Below are positions 31,598 through 42,084 of a stretch of DNA of 64,000 nucleotides, one piece after another; position 1 is the stretch's first letter; each line of letters starts with the position of its first letter. The notes under the pieces are model-generated. The model saw only the letters and a list, made by a program, of their open reading frames with translations. It was not told where the DNA came from and made no database searches. The position numbers and the translations under genes were made by a program. The DNA is taken from assembly GCA_964035575.1 (NCBI GenBank), contig OZ037837.1, forward strand, positions 1,488,001 through 1,552,000, in the 5' to 3' direction. This DNA is from Rhynchopus sp. YZ270_cl-10. Lineage: Eukaryota.

Positions 31598-33385
31598 ATG
31601 TTTGCTTATCTGCGAGACTTCCTTCATCGCAGTATCTCCATCAATGGGACACTCTCCTGTCGTGAACAGCGGCAACGAATGCTTTTTTTCAAAACCACCT
31701 TTGCTGGGTTTTGCTTTCTCACACTGCAGGGCATGCTGATGCTAACTCATGGCGAGCCTGCAGTAGCTGCTAAGGCTGCGCATGGGTTTATGATAGCCTC
31801 GTCTATTACTACCTTTGGTGTGATCTTCGCGGGCTGCCATTTCACCGAACCCATCCTGGTTTTGATAATGCTGCTATACTTTTTTGGCTCTCTTTTTAGC
31901 GATCTCCACTCCCGTACGATGCAATATAGTTCGTGGCCTGGGATGTTGCTGTCAATCGATATCATGATAATGATGGAACTGAAACCACGTTATGTAAACG
32001 GTGCGGTCATCCTGACACTCTTTTGGTTTATACTAATGGCCATAGAGGAGCAAGAACGATTGGGTTTGTTTGATCTTGAAATAGTATTACCTGAAGGAGG
32101 GATGGAGGATCGGAGATGGTTTTTCACGAAGCTTGCGACCTGTAAATTTCCGCCGTGCAGATCCGAGAGAGGTATCGTGATGACAAAGGCTCTTACATCG
32201 ATTTTTGTGTTTTCGATTAATTTTGTTGCAATGGGAAGCTTCGCGAAGTCCATTCGGAAGGAGCAGGATTCCATGTGTCGTACCATCGCTGCGGTGCAAG
32301 AGATTGCAACGTGCTTAGCGGGGTATGACGTAGAGAAGGTAGCAACTCTGCTTCAAACACATCAAAAAGAGTTGCCCGGGGAGATGCTCAGCGCGTTGTG
32401 TAGTTTAAAAGAGAATTTGATGGTGTACAAAGCGTACCTCCCGAAGACCTGTTTGCGCCAGCAGAATAAAGGGGAAGAGGAGGAGGGGGCCGACAACGTG
32501 GAATCGCTGTCGGAGGAGCAGACGTCGTCGTCGGGAGCATCTTCGGTTGCGAGCACGGTGTCGCACGGCGGGGTGCTGCGTGCTGTGTTGCAGCCTATTT
32601 CACTTCGTGCAGTGAAGGCTACGCTTCTTGTAGTTAATGTTCAAAACACTGTTGCAATGCTTGAGTCTGATGTGTCTGGATTTTCTCAGCTTTTCACTCA
32701 GCTCCTACAACGTACCTTAAAAGGATGTGACGCACAACGTGGCATGGTTGACGTATTCGTTGGTGACCGTATTTTCTGCTCATTCAATACATCCAAACCA
32801 CGTGCCGCGCATGCCTCCTCAGCTCTCCACACCGCTGCCGCACTCTTGGGAAATGCTGTGAATATTGGTGTCGCAACCGGTAAGGTGTTATGTGGTGATA
32901 TGGGCTGCGAAGTGATGCGTCGGTTCAGCATGGTCGGGCAGCTTTGTTGTGATGTGGTGGGGATGGAGCGGGCGGGGCGTACATTGGGGTGTGGTGTGCT
33001 GTGCAACCGTCTGTGCTTCAGTGATGGGGAGTGTGAGCATCAGCTGCGGATCGTTCCCTGGAGTGTGGAGCTCTCTGCGGGGCGTGCTGAAACGGTGGCA
33101 GAGCTGATGAGCACGCACCCCGAGACTGCAGCGCCTGTAGACGAATGGATGTACCAGATCGGGCGTGCCAAGCCGTGGGACCCCTACAACGAAGCAGTGA
33201 AGCGCTACCTCAAGGAAGACCCAGCAATAGATGTGGAGCAGCTCGCCACGCTGTGGGAAGGCGCAGGTGGTGTAGGTGCACCGCAGCGTGCAGTGCCCCA
33301 GGGGAGTTGCCGCCGTCTCCGTCTCTACGTTCAGCAGCAGCACAAAGCGGAAGGGAAGGGGACAGAACGGGACTGTGTTTTGTGA
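31598..33385 (+). CDS. Multi-pass membrane protein with divergent class III nucleotide cyclase-like domain
   Basis: About 6 hydrophobic segments, a coiled linker ending YLPKTC, then GMVDVFVGDRIFCSFN, VNIGVATGKVLCGDMG and RRFSMVG, which follow the adenylate/guanylate cyclase pattern. Confidence 0.75.
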   Translation: MFAYLRDFLHRSISINGTLSCREQRQRMLFFKTTFAGFCFLTLQGMLMLTHGEPAVAAKAAHGFMIASSITTFGVIFAGCHFTEPILVLIMLLYFFGSLFSDLHSRTMQYSSWPGMLLSIDIMIMMELKPRYVNGAVILTLFWFILMAIEEQERLGLFDLEIVLPEGGMEDRRWFFTKLATCKFPPCRSERGIVMTKALTSIFVFSINFVAMGSFAKSIRKEQDSMCRTIAAVQEIATCLAGYDVEKVATLLQTHQKELPGEMLSALCSLKENLMVYKAYLPKTCLRQQNKGEEEEGADNVESLSEEQTSSSGASSVASTVSHGGVLRAVLQPISLRAVKATLLVVNVQNTVAMLESDVSGFSQLFTQLLQRTLKGCDAQRGMVDVFVGDRIFCSFNTSKPRAAHASSALHTAAALLGNAVNIGVATGKVLCGDMGCEVMRRFSMVGQLCCDVVGMERAGRTLGCGVLCNRLCFSDGECEHQLRIVPWSVELSAGRAETVAELMSTHPETAAPVDEWMYQIGRAKPWDPYNEAVKRYLKEDPAIDVEQLATLWEGAGGVGAPQRAVPQGSCRRLRLYVQQQHKAEGKGTERDCVL

Positions 33386-34154
33386 GTGGTTTTATTTGGT
33401 ACAGTTGGACAAGAAACTTGGCGACCAAATAATATTGGCGGATTTTGGGGGTTTTCTTGTAATTGGCGACTTTTTTGGTCGCCAATATTGTCCAACTGTA
33501 TCATTTGCTTTTGAAGGAGCGTTGGAAAAGACGGAGAATAAATAAATGATAACCGTGTTTTGATCAACCTCAGTTCATTTTATGGTAAAATGCATCGCAA
33601 AAAAGATGTTAGATAAGTGGGAAGGGGTGGGGGGGATTACACAGAGAGAGTTATTTTTGTATTATATAACAAATTCTTTGTTTTTCTGTACTTCATGTGT
33701 GCGTATTTGACGTGAGTAATGTGTACCAATTACACACAAGAGGACGAGGTGTTCATTATGTCTGTGCATAGTGGTGATAGGTGACAGTGGTGATGACATA
33801 AGGTTCTGTGCGTTTGTCAACTTCACTTTTTTTCAAAGGTGGATACATACGAGAAAGCTAATAGGATCTGCTTCGCATTTTTTCCCCTCCTTTTTCCACT
33901 CCAGTTTGCCCCATTTCGCTCCAGTTTTCCAGTTTTCCAACTGCGGAACCGAGCATCGTACACAGTGTTTTACAAGGAATAATGTTTGTTGTGTCGGTCA
34001 GGTAACCGGTAACCGGTTGTCGTCTCTCTCGCACACCACCCACTCCCCTTTTAATAAGTACTCCTTGATTGGGCCTCCTTCTTCCCACAACACAACAGGG
34101 ATAGCACACCAACCTTTGTGAACAAACACACAACACACATTTTGTTTCAGGAAG

Positions 34155-37100
34155 ATGGGATCCGGAGCGTCGAAGCCTGAAAAGGACGAGATCGCAAAGG
34201 GAATTACTGGGAAGGAGAGGCCCGTGGACGCAGTGGACAGCGTGGACGGGAGGACAATGCTGCACCGTGCCGTGCTTGCGGGGGATGTGGAGGCAGTGCG
34301 GTTTCTTGTGGAGAACGGGGCAGGGAATGTGCGTGACAGGGACGGGAAGGTGCCGCTGTGGTACGCACTGCAGCACAGAGACGCGGATGTGCGGGGCCGA
34401 CTTGAGGCGGAGCTGGGGGCGCATGCAGCAGAGATCCTTGGTGAGGTGGAGGATGCTGTGCAGGTGTACCTCACTGCTGGTGTCGCCACAACAACAACAG
34501 CAACAACAAGAGGTGTGGTGGTGGAACGGAGCAGTGGAGATGCAACGACAGCACCTCTTACTAACCCTCACATGGACATGGCGAAAGACACGAACACCTC
34601 GACTGGAGACAGGCACCTGGGAGAGGACGATCTTGACGGGGACACGGGTGCACTGTGGCACACAGACGGACGGAAGGTGGAGTGGCTGCAGAAGAAGGAG
34701 GACAACAACAAGAACAGCAGTGGAGGTGAAGACCTGCTGTGCTGGCTGCGTGGTCTGCCAAAGGTGGAGCCACCGTTGGGCTACACAGACGAACACGTGC
34801 GGCATATGGAGGCGGGGTTCCGTGTGGTGTGCAAGCGTCTGCTGGAGGACATCAAAGGACGGAGGGAGGCTGCGGGGACACGTGGGGTGGAGGACTGGAT
34901 GGCGGCACGCGACCCGTTTGAGCTGCTGCTGTCGGGGTTCCTGTTCACGTCTGACTGCGTGGAGTATGTGCTGGACAGCGGCGGGGATGTTGTGTGCGAC
35001 GAAAAGGGCACACCGCAGATTGCGGAAGGGCCTGACGGGAAGCTGCGGTACATCAAACTGACGGAGCGGGCTGTGCTGGACAACCACGGGAGTGCTGCTG
35101 ATGTGAAATCACAGTCGCTTGCGCTGTACATGACGATGAACACTGCGATGCGCGCTGTGGGGCAGCTGGCTGCGGTGAAGGAGTGGAAAGGGACACCTGA
35201 GAAGACAGCACCGAACGTGTTTGAGCTGTCGCCCGCACCCCCGCAGCTGCACGTGATTGCGACCTTTGCGCCGCTGATCCGTGGTCTGGACCGACTGATT
35301 GGGAGCCGTCGGAAGCAGCTGCGGACTGTGTTCCGCGGGATCAATGTGAACGTGTCTGCGAAGTACGCGCTGAATACACACATTGTGTGGAACTGCTTCA
35401 CGTCGACAACACTGAAGCGGGATGTGGCTCGGAGCTTCATGTACGGGAAGGAGGGCACGTTCTTTGTGGTGGTGGCAAAGGAGGGTGCTGCAGACGTGAA
35501 GTTCTCGTCTGTGTATGCTTCGGAGGACGAGCTGCTGTACACAGCGAACATTGAGTACCGTGTGCAGTGGAAGGTTTCGCCGACGTTGCTGCGGATGATG
35601 GGGCTGCGCTTTGACGTGATTGTGATGCAGGAGGTGTGTTCTGGTGCTGATGCGAATGCGGGTGTGGGTGAGACGAGTGCGGCTGAGCAGGTGGGTGCGC
35701 TGCAGGAGGTGATGGGACACACAGTCGCGTTCTTCAAGGACTACCTTGCGCAGTACGTGGAGGGGCGTGTGGGGGACGACACACGTGTGGATGAGTCGGA
35801 GACACGTCCGCTGATGGAGGAGGTGCGGAGGTGGCTTCGTGCACGTGGAGGTGGAGGTGGGAATCAGATGTCTTCCGTGTGCACACAGGCAGCAGTGGAC
35901 ACAGAGACGGATACGAAGATGAAGGCGGGTAAGGCCAGTCCTCAAAAGAAGAAGAAGACAAAATGTGCTGTCATTACCAGTACCTTCGCTACACCCGAAT
36001 TAGAAGAGCATGTGGTTCCAAGACGAAGGAAATCAAAGTGTGGTGTGCTGTGCACACAGACAGCAGCGGGCACAGAGCGCAAGCCTGATGTGGAGGTGGA
36101 GGCGAGAGAAGAAAGACAAGGGACTGGTGTGCTGTGTGTGATCGGAGAAGGAGGGAGCGGGAAGACGTCTGCTTCGATTGCAATCCTGAGCGACCTTGCA
36201 ACATCTGCGAGGAAGAAGGATAGTGGCACCAAGAAATATAGAAATGCGAAGCCGTACTTCCCTGTGTTTGTGGCGCTACCGACTGTGAAGCAACACCTGC
36301 TTGAGAAGGGAGGGCTGGACAGGTTTGTGCTGGAGTCGTTTGCGCTGCGGGAGGCGGACCGTGCGTTCCTTGCGGAGACGTACAAGGTGGTGCTGGTGCT
36401 GGACTCGCTGGACGAGGTGGGGCTGACGCAGGAGGATGTGGGTGCTGTGGTGGCTGAGGGTGGCCTTCTGTGCCGGCATCCGTGGGTGGAGGCACACTGC
36501 AGCGTTGTTGTGACTGTGCGTGGTGAGTACCTGAAGGGTGTGGACACGTCTCCGTCTGGTGTGTGTGGGGCTGGTGTGCGTGCTCTTTACATGCAGCCGT
36601 TCACAGAGATGGATGCGAGAACGTACATCAAGCGTGCAAACACAGCCTGGGAGAACGAACACAAAGAGGAGAAGGAGAAGTCAGCCCACAAGGAGGAGCG
36701 CACAGTCTTCGTGCGTGAGGAGGACATTGAGGGACTTGTGCAGCTGCGGAACCCGTTTGTGCTGCACATGGCGTGTCACGCGCAGTGCAGCGGGAAGGCT
36801 TCTGAGGAGGTGATCTACGAGACCTACCTGAAGACGTGGACGAAGAAGGAGATGGCGTCTGGTGGAGTTGCTGTTTCTGTTGCTGTTTCGGATGTGTCTT
36901 TGGAGGATGTGGTGCGTGCAGGGGAGCTTGTTGCATGCAGGATGCTAGAGACAAACGAGTGGCAGGGGACTGTGGGTGTGGCGTCGGAGGTTCTTGTGTC
37001 GCAGCACGGTGTGTGTGAGGCTGTGCGGGATGCGTGCTTCCGCTGCTTGCCGTTCCGTATTGAGGACTTTGGGGAGGAGCGGAGTGCGTTCACGTTCCGG

Positions 37101-39497
37101 CACAAGTCGCTTGGGGAGCACCTTGCAGCACGGCGGCTTGCACGTGATCCAGCAGGGACACTGGGGACGCTGGTGCAGCGGAGCTTCAGCAAGGACTCGC
37201 AGCGTGTGCTTGGGTTCTTTGCGGCGCTGGTGTGTGGAGACAGCGAGTTGTACGAACGTGCCTGCACAGAGCTGCTTGCGGCTGTGAAGGCGACACGCGG
37301 CAGTGCAAGTGCAGGTGGAGATGGAGATGCAGGTGTTGGTGGGGAGGGTGCTGTGACAGCAGGGTCGAATGCAGCAGCACTGCTGGCACGTGCACGCATC
37401 CCTGTGAGTGGAGAGGACCTGAGCGGGATCCGTGTGTCGAACTGCGACCTGCGCGGGTCTCTGTTTGTGGAGACGGTGCTGACGGGCGCTTCCTTCTCGA
37501 ACTGCTGGCTGGAGCACACCGAGTTCAACACCTGCGACATGGGTGGCACGATGCTGCCTGACTGCTCCCTTGGCACACCACTTCCTGTACTGCAGCATCT
37601 TGCGCATGCTGTGGCAGTGACACCTGACAGCAGTCAAATGCTAACAGCTGGCGAAGACGGCAGTGCACATGTGCGGAGCATGTCTTCTGGGGAAGAAGTG
37701 ATGGTCTTGGAAGGACATTCGAACCACATCCATGGAGTGGCAGTAACACCTGACGGAACGCGCGTGGTTTCGTGCTCCTATGACAGAACTGTGCATGTGT
37801 GGGATATGCACACTGGGGAGGCAGTGTTCGTCTTGAAAGGCCACGATGCTGAGGTGATCGAAGTAGCAGTCACTCCCGACAGTTCTAAAGTTGTTTCAAC
37901 ATCTTCTCAAGACGGCATCCGTGTGTGGGATCTCTCGACGGGGAAGGAAGTGCTGGCAATACAGTCGCCTGACATTCGCAGCATGGTTATTACCAAGGGA
38001 AGTCAAATAGTGACATGCTCTCAGGATGTGCTGTGCATACGGGATCTGGCCACGGGGAAGCAGGAGAGGCAGTGGCCTTGCTGTGTGAAGTATTCGCATG
38101 CACTGGCAGTCACTCCCGATGGACGCCATGTTGTTTCGTGCTCTGATGGCGCACATCTTTGGAACCTCTCCACTGGGGCAGAGGTGATGGTGTTCCATGC
38201 CGACGCTGTGTTGTCAGCAGTGGCAGTCACTCCCGATGGATGTCACGTTGTTGCTGGATCCGAGATAGGCACTGTGCACGTTTGGAGCATTTCGACTGGG
38301 AAGGAGACGGTGTTGCAAGGGCATAGTGATAAGGTGAAAGCAGTGGCAGTGTCACCAGATGGATGCCACGTGGTTTCATGCTCCCTCGACCACACTGTTC
38401 GAGTGTGGAACATCACGACCGGGAAGGAGACACCAGGTTTCGAAGGACTCTCAGGCCGGTCTGTGGCAGTGGATCCTGATGGATCTCTCATTTCGTACGG
38501 TGGCAAGAGGAGCTCCATCTGGAACGCATCCACCGGCAGGCAGACACAGGTAGTTGAAGCAGGGACAACTAAGTATGGTGATGCGGCTGCCGTGGACCCA
38601 GATGGATCTCATGTAGTTTATTGCTCTTGCGACAACGCTGGCGAAAGGAGAGCGTGTGTGTGGGAGGTTCCGACGGGTAAAGTGCAGCCTTTGTGCACAG
38701 CTTCCAGTGAGTTTGCGATGTTCTTGAAAAAGACTGGAGTACTGCTTTACTTGGCAGTGTCTCCCGATGCATCTCACGTGGTGACCTGTTCAAAAGCTTC
38801 ACGGGAGACACTGTACGTATGTTACTGTACGTATGTGTGGAGCATGCCGACTGGGAAGAAGGTGTCAGAATATACAGGCAGTACTTCCCGTCCCGAAGGA
38901 GTGGTTGTGACTCCTGATGGAGTGCATGTGGTGTCGTACTCTGATAATTACACCGTACACATGTGGAAACTTCACACTGGAGAACAGACGATGGTGTTCA
39001 AAGGGCACACTTCTCATGTCTTGGACGCGGCCGTGACTCGCGATGGATCTCGTCTTGTTTCATGCTCTGAAGACGAGATTGTGTGTGTGTGGGATGTTGC
39101 CAGCGGGAAGGAGGTCTTTTCCTTGAAGCATGATGGTTACGTATGCTCAGTCGCACTGACACCTGATGAAGCTCACGTGGTGTCAAGCGTGGGCATGCCG
39201 GGCAGTGTGAATGTGTGGAGCATGACCACTGGTGAGGAGCTGTCAGTGATCAGGTCACATTTTGGTTTGTGGAGACTTGCTGTGAGCCCTGATGGACGCG
39301 AAGTGATGTGCGCTTGCGATGACAGCACTGTGCGTGTGTGGAGCATCTGCACTGGGGAAGACGGCACGATCGAGGGGTTGCGGCTGAAGAGAGTGATCGG
39401 TGTCCCTCCAACAGTTCCTCGTGCATTAGGCTGTCGCAATGCTGATGCTGTGGAACCTGAACTTGCGAGACGGATTCTTTGTGATGACGAGGAGTGA
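34155..39497 (+). CDS. NLR/STAND-like ANK-ART-NACHT-pentapeptide-WD40 protein B
   Basis: Paralogue of 12248-17470 with all ART and NACHT motifs intact. Confidence 0.9.
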   Translation: MGSGASKPEKDEIAKGITGKERPVDAVDSVDGRTMLHRAVLAGDVEAVRFLVENGAGNVRDRDGKVPLWYALQHRDADVRGRLEAELGAHAAEILGEVEDAVQVYLTAGVATTTTATTRGVVVERSSGDATTAPLTNPHMDMAKDTNTSTGDRHLGEDDLDGDTGALWHTDGRKVEWLQKKEDNNKNSSGGEDLLCWLRGLPKVEPPLGYTDEHVRHMEAGFRVVCKRLLEDIKGRREAAGTRGVEDWMAARDPFELLLSGFLFTSDCVEYVLDSGGDVVCDEKGTPQIAEGPDGKLRYIKLTERAVLDNHGSAADVKSQSLALYMTMNTAMRAVGQLAAVKEWKGTPEKTAPNVFELSPAPPQLHVIATFAPLIRGLDRLIGSRRKQLRTVFRGINVNVSAKYALNTHIVWNCFTSTTLKRDVARSFMYGKEGTFFVVVAKEGAADVKFSSVYASEDELLYTANIEYRVQWKVSPTLLRMMGLRFDVIVMQEVCSGADANAGVGETSAAEQVGALQEVMGHTVAFFKDYLAQYVEGRVGDDTRVDESETRPLMEEVRRWLRARGGGGGNQMSSVCTQAAVDTETDTKMKAGKASPQKKKKTKCAVITSTFATPELEEHVVPRRRKSKCGVLCTQTAAGTERKPDVEVEAREERQGTGVLCVIGEGGSGKTSASIAILSDLATSARKKDSGTKKYRNAKPYFPVFVALPTVKQHLLEKGGLDRFVLESFALREADRAFLAETYKVVLVLDSLDEVGLTQEDVGAVVAEGGLLCRHPWVEAHCSVVVTVRGEYLKGVDTSPSGVCGAGVRALYMQPFTEMDARTYIKRANTAWENEHKEEKEKSAHKEERTVFVREEDIEGLVQLRNPFVLHMACHAQCSGKASEEVIYETYLKTWTKKEMASGGVAVSVAVSDVSLEDVVRAGELVACRMLETNEWQGTVGVASEVLVSQHGVCEAVRDACFRCLPFRIEDFGEERSAFTFRHKSLGEHLAARRLARDPAGTLGTLVQRSFSKDSQRVLGFFAALVCGDSELYERACTELLAAVKATRGSASAGGDGDAGVGGEGAVTAGSNAAALLARARIPVSGEDLSGIRVSNCDLRGSLFVETVLTGASFSNCWLEHTEFNTCDMGGTMLPDCSLGTPLPVLQHLAHAVAVTPDSSQMLTAGEDGSAHVRSMSSGEEVMVLEGHSNHIHGVAVTPDGTRVVSCSYDRTVHVWDMHTGEAVFVLKGHDAEVIEVAVTPDSSKVVSTSSQDGIRVWDLSTGKEVLAIQSPDIRSMVITKGSQIVTCSQDVLCIRDLATGKQERQWPCCVKYSHALAVTPDGRHVVSCSDGAHLWNLSTGAEVMVFHADAVLSAVAVTPDGCHVVAGSEIGTVHVWSISTGKETVLQGHSDKVKAVAVSPDGCHVVSCSLDHTVRVWNITTGKETPGFEGLSGRSVAVDPDGSLISYGGKRSSIWNASTGRQTQVVEAGTTKYGDAAAVDPDGSHVVYCSCDNAGERRACVWEVPTGKVQPLCTASSEFAMFLKKTGVLLYLAVSPDASHVVTCSKASRETLYVCYCTYVWSMPTGKKVSEYTGSTSRPEGVVVTPDGVHVVSYSDNYTVHMWKLHTGEQTMVFKGHTSHVLDAAVTRDGSRLVSCSEDEIVCVWDVASGKEVFSLKHDGYVCSVALTPDEAHVVSSVGMPGSVNVWSMTTGEELSVIRSHFGLWRLAVSPDGREVMCACDDSTVRVWSICTGEDGTIEGLRLKRVIGVPPTVPRALGCRNADAVEPELARRILCDDEE

Positions 39498-40013
39498 GCG
39501 CACTGTTCGCACTTGCTCTTTGTGTTTGCCTCTTTTCAAGACGAATGCAGTCTGAGTGACGAGCACGAATGGTGTTGACACTGCCTCGTGCGGTGGTGCC
39601 CTCATGCCACTGCGGGTGCGTTGTGTGAGTACAGAAGAGCGGCTTGTCGAGGTGTTACACTGCCAGTGCACTAAGTGTGCTGTCTGTTCATATTCACACG
39701 TCTTTTCCAAGACGGGTTGCAATTACACATGTGCTTTGACCACTTGGTTTTAGGAGTGTCACACACTGCCACTTCCACATCTGTACACTATTCATTTCCG
39801 ACTTTGCTTTTCCCTGGGGTTTGGGGCTCTTGCTGTTTCGTTTACCAAGGTGGAGCGTTGAGAAATTCCACACACGGGCGAGGCCAGCGGTCACCCCCTG
39901 TACCAGAAATGAGTTTATTTTTAATGTTTTACACACCCCTTATCAATAAGTCACCACCCCATTCCACACACCCAACCCCTTCCAGACACCCCTGCACCCT
40001 CCCACCTCTAAAA

Positions 40014-41759
40014 ATGAAGCGTTCCTCCGTGACTGAGTCCCCCACCACAAAGAAGGCCCGGGTGGACGGCCCTGCACCCTCCCACCTCTCCGAAACACAC
40101 AACATGGTGTCTGACACGCAGCCCACCGCACCACAGATGCCAAGCTGTGAAAACTGTGGCGTGCCAGCACAGCTGCAGTGCGGGAACTGCACGGAGTTGT
40201 TCTTCTGCGACAAGCCTGCGTGCTTCGAAGTGTTCCACTCATCCTTGAGGGCACGTGACCGTGAGGCACATCACGCTTCTGTGACTCCCTGCGGGACGTC
40301 GTCGAAGTGTGCACAGCACCCAGGCCAAGAGCTGTCACTCGTCTGTGAAGACCCTGCGTGTGGAGACGCGTTGATCTGCTTGCGTTGTGCGTACGTCGGA
40401 CACACGGGACACAAGACAGTTGACATCACGGACTACATGAAACGCCAGCGTGACACTCTCTGCTCACACGTGGCAGACCTGACAGCACAGCGGACTGCTG
40501 CAGAGGAGAAGTGCAGTGTGCTTGAGGCACTCCCACCCACGGAGGACAGGTACAAAGACCTTCTCCTGCAGACACACGTCGGGCACTTCGTGATGCGTGA
40601 GGATGTGTCGCGCAGCGAAGTCGTGTGTGAGGAGGAGGTGGCACGGAGCTTCCTCACACAGGCACTCAGTCGTGAAGGGGAGGTGTGTGCGCTGAAGACG
40701 TTTGTTGCGAAGGCAGGACACATGATTGCTGAGTGTGAGGCGATGTGCCAGCTTGGGGACGACCAGGTGCTGCGTGCGGTCACAGAGTCGCAGGCCGTTG
40801 TGCGGAGCATCAACAGCATGGCAGCGAGTGGAGACTGCCACCGCCTTGTGGGTGCTGCAGACCCACACGCAACGTTTTCCCTGAAGCTGCCTGTTTCGAA
40901 CGTGCACGACGCCCTTGCCCAGATGTCTGCGCTTGTTGTGCCTGTCCTTGTGCAGGGGTTGGATGGAACGGAACACGAGATTGAGGTGAGTGTGGATGAC
41001 ACGGGCAGGGACTTGCTTCGGAAGGTGGCGTCTGCAGTGGGGTTGCGTGAAGGCTGCTTCGACATGACTTTCAGAGATGAACTGATTGCAGAAGGAGAGG
41101 ACGTGGTGCAGCTGAGGGGTCACAGGGTTGTTGTAACGCAGATCAACGCGCAGAGGAGGAAGCAGGATGCCATTGCAGCACTTCGTGCGTTGGGTGAGAC
41201 AACACTGACATCACAAAGGTTGGAGCAGGTGACTGATCCGAAGGTGGCTTGCTTGCTCCTGCAGGCACAAGTTGCGACTGCGATTCCAAATAACTTCTTC
41301 TCGAGAACTAGAGTGACGTGCATTGATCTCAGTCATGCGTCTGCTGTGACTGCGATTGGCAGCGAATTTCTTCATTACTGCACAGCTTTGACCAAGGTTG
41401 ATCTGAGTGGCTTGCAAGCTGTCACAGTGATTGGGGACATGTTCCTCCGCGATTGCACATCATTATTGACTGTGGATCTGAGTGGATTACAAGCTGTCAC
41501 CTCGATTGGGTACTCGTTCCTCTCCGGGTGCATATCATTGACGACCGTTGATCTGAGTGCATTCAAAGCTGTCACCGCGATTGGGGCCTGCTTACTCTAC
41601 GAGTGCACATCATTGTCGAGTCTTGATCTGAGTGGCTTGCAAGCTGTCAGCTCTATGCAGGACATGTTCCTCAGAAGTTGCCCAGCGTTGAAGACCTTGC
41701 ATGGAAAGGACAAGTGCAGCAAAGTTGTACTCAGGAGTCTCCCACAACACTTACGCTAG
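40014..41759 (+). CDS. B-box - B-box - coiled coil - UBL - LRR protein (RING-less TRIM-like), copy 1
   Basis: ATG at 40014, shared with paralogues. CENC...CGNC...CDKPAC...H and CAQHPGQELSLVCEDPAC...ICLRC...HTGH zinc fingers. VLVQGLDGTEHEIEVSVDDTGRDLLRKVA UBL. 24-aa LRRs (LTxVDLSGLQAVTxIGxxFLxxC). Confidence 0.85.
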   Translation: MKRSSVTESPTTKKARVDGPAPSHLSETHNMVSDTQPTAPQMPSCENCGVPAQLQCGNCTELFFCDKPACFEVFHSSLRARDREAHHASVTPCGTSSKCAQHPGQELSLVCEDPACGDALICLRCAYVGHTGHKTVDITDYMKRQRDTLCSHVADLTAQRTAAEEKCSVLEALPPTEDRYKDLLLQTHVGHFVMREDVSRSEVVCEEEVARSFLTQALSREGEVCALKTFVAKAGHMIAECEAMCQLGDDQVLRAVTESQAVVRSINSMAASGDCHRLVGAADPHATFSLKLPVSNVHDALAQMSALVVPVLVQGLDGTEHEIEVSVDDTGRDLLRKVASAVGLREGCFDMTFRDELIAEGEDVVQLRGHRVVVTQINAQRRKQDAIAALRALGETTLTSQRLEQVTDPKVACLLLQAQVATAIPNNFFSRTRVTCIDLSHASAVTAIGSEFLHYCTALTKVDLSGLQAVTVIGDMFLRDCTSLLTVDLSGLQAVTSIGYSFLSGCISLTTVDLSAFKAVTAIGACLLYECTSLSSLDLSGLQAVSSMQDMFLRSCPALKTLHGKDKCSKVVLRSLPQHLR

Positions 41760-42084
41760 TGACAAGCAAGTGAACTAGTGATAACCAATAAAGCGTTAAC
41801 TTTGCAGCAGTTGTTGTGCATCTTCACCCCTCGCTGTGCGGCCTGCTGCACCACGGCTGCTCTGCACTGTGCTGAGGTGTGCCTCAAGAGGCAGGGGAAA
41901 AAAAGAACGAGAAATGTTTCAGCGATTTTCCACAAAGTTGCACCATGCAGCTATGACATTCAACCCCACCTAACATATCAAAAAAAATATGAAAAAATCC
42001 TTTAATCTTTACCACGCTTTTCCCACCCCTTCTCCTCCTCCTCTCAGACATTCCTAGGATCACCCCACCACCACATACCTCACA

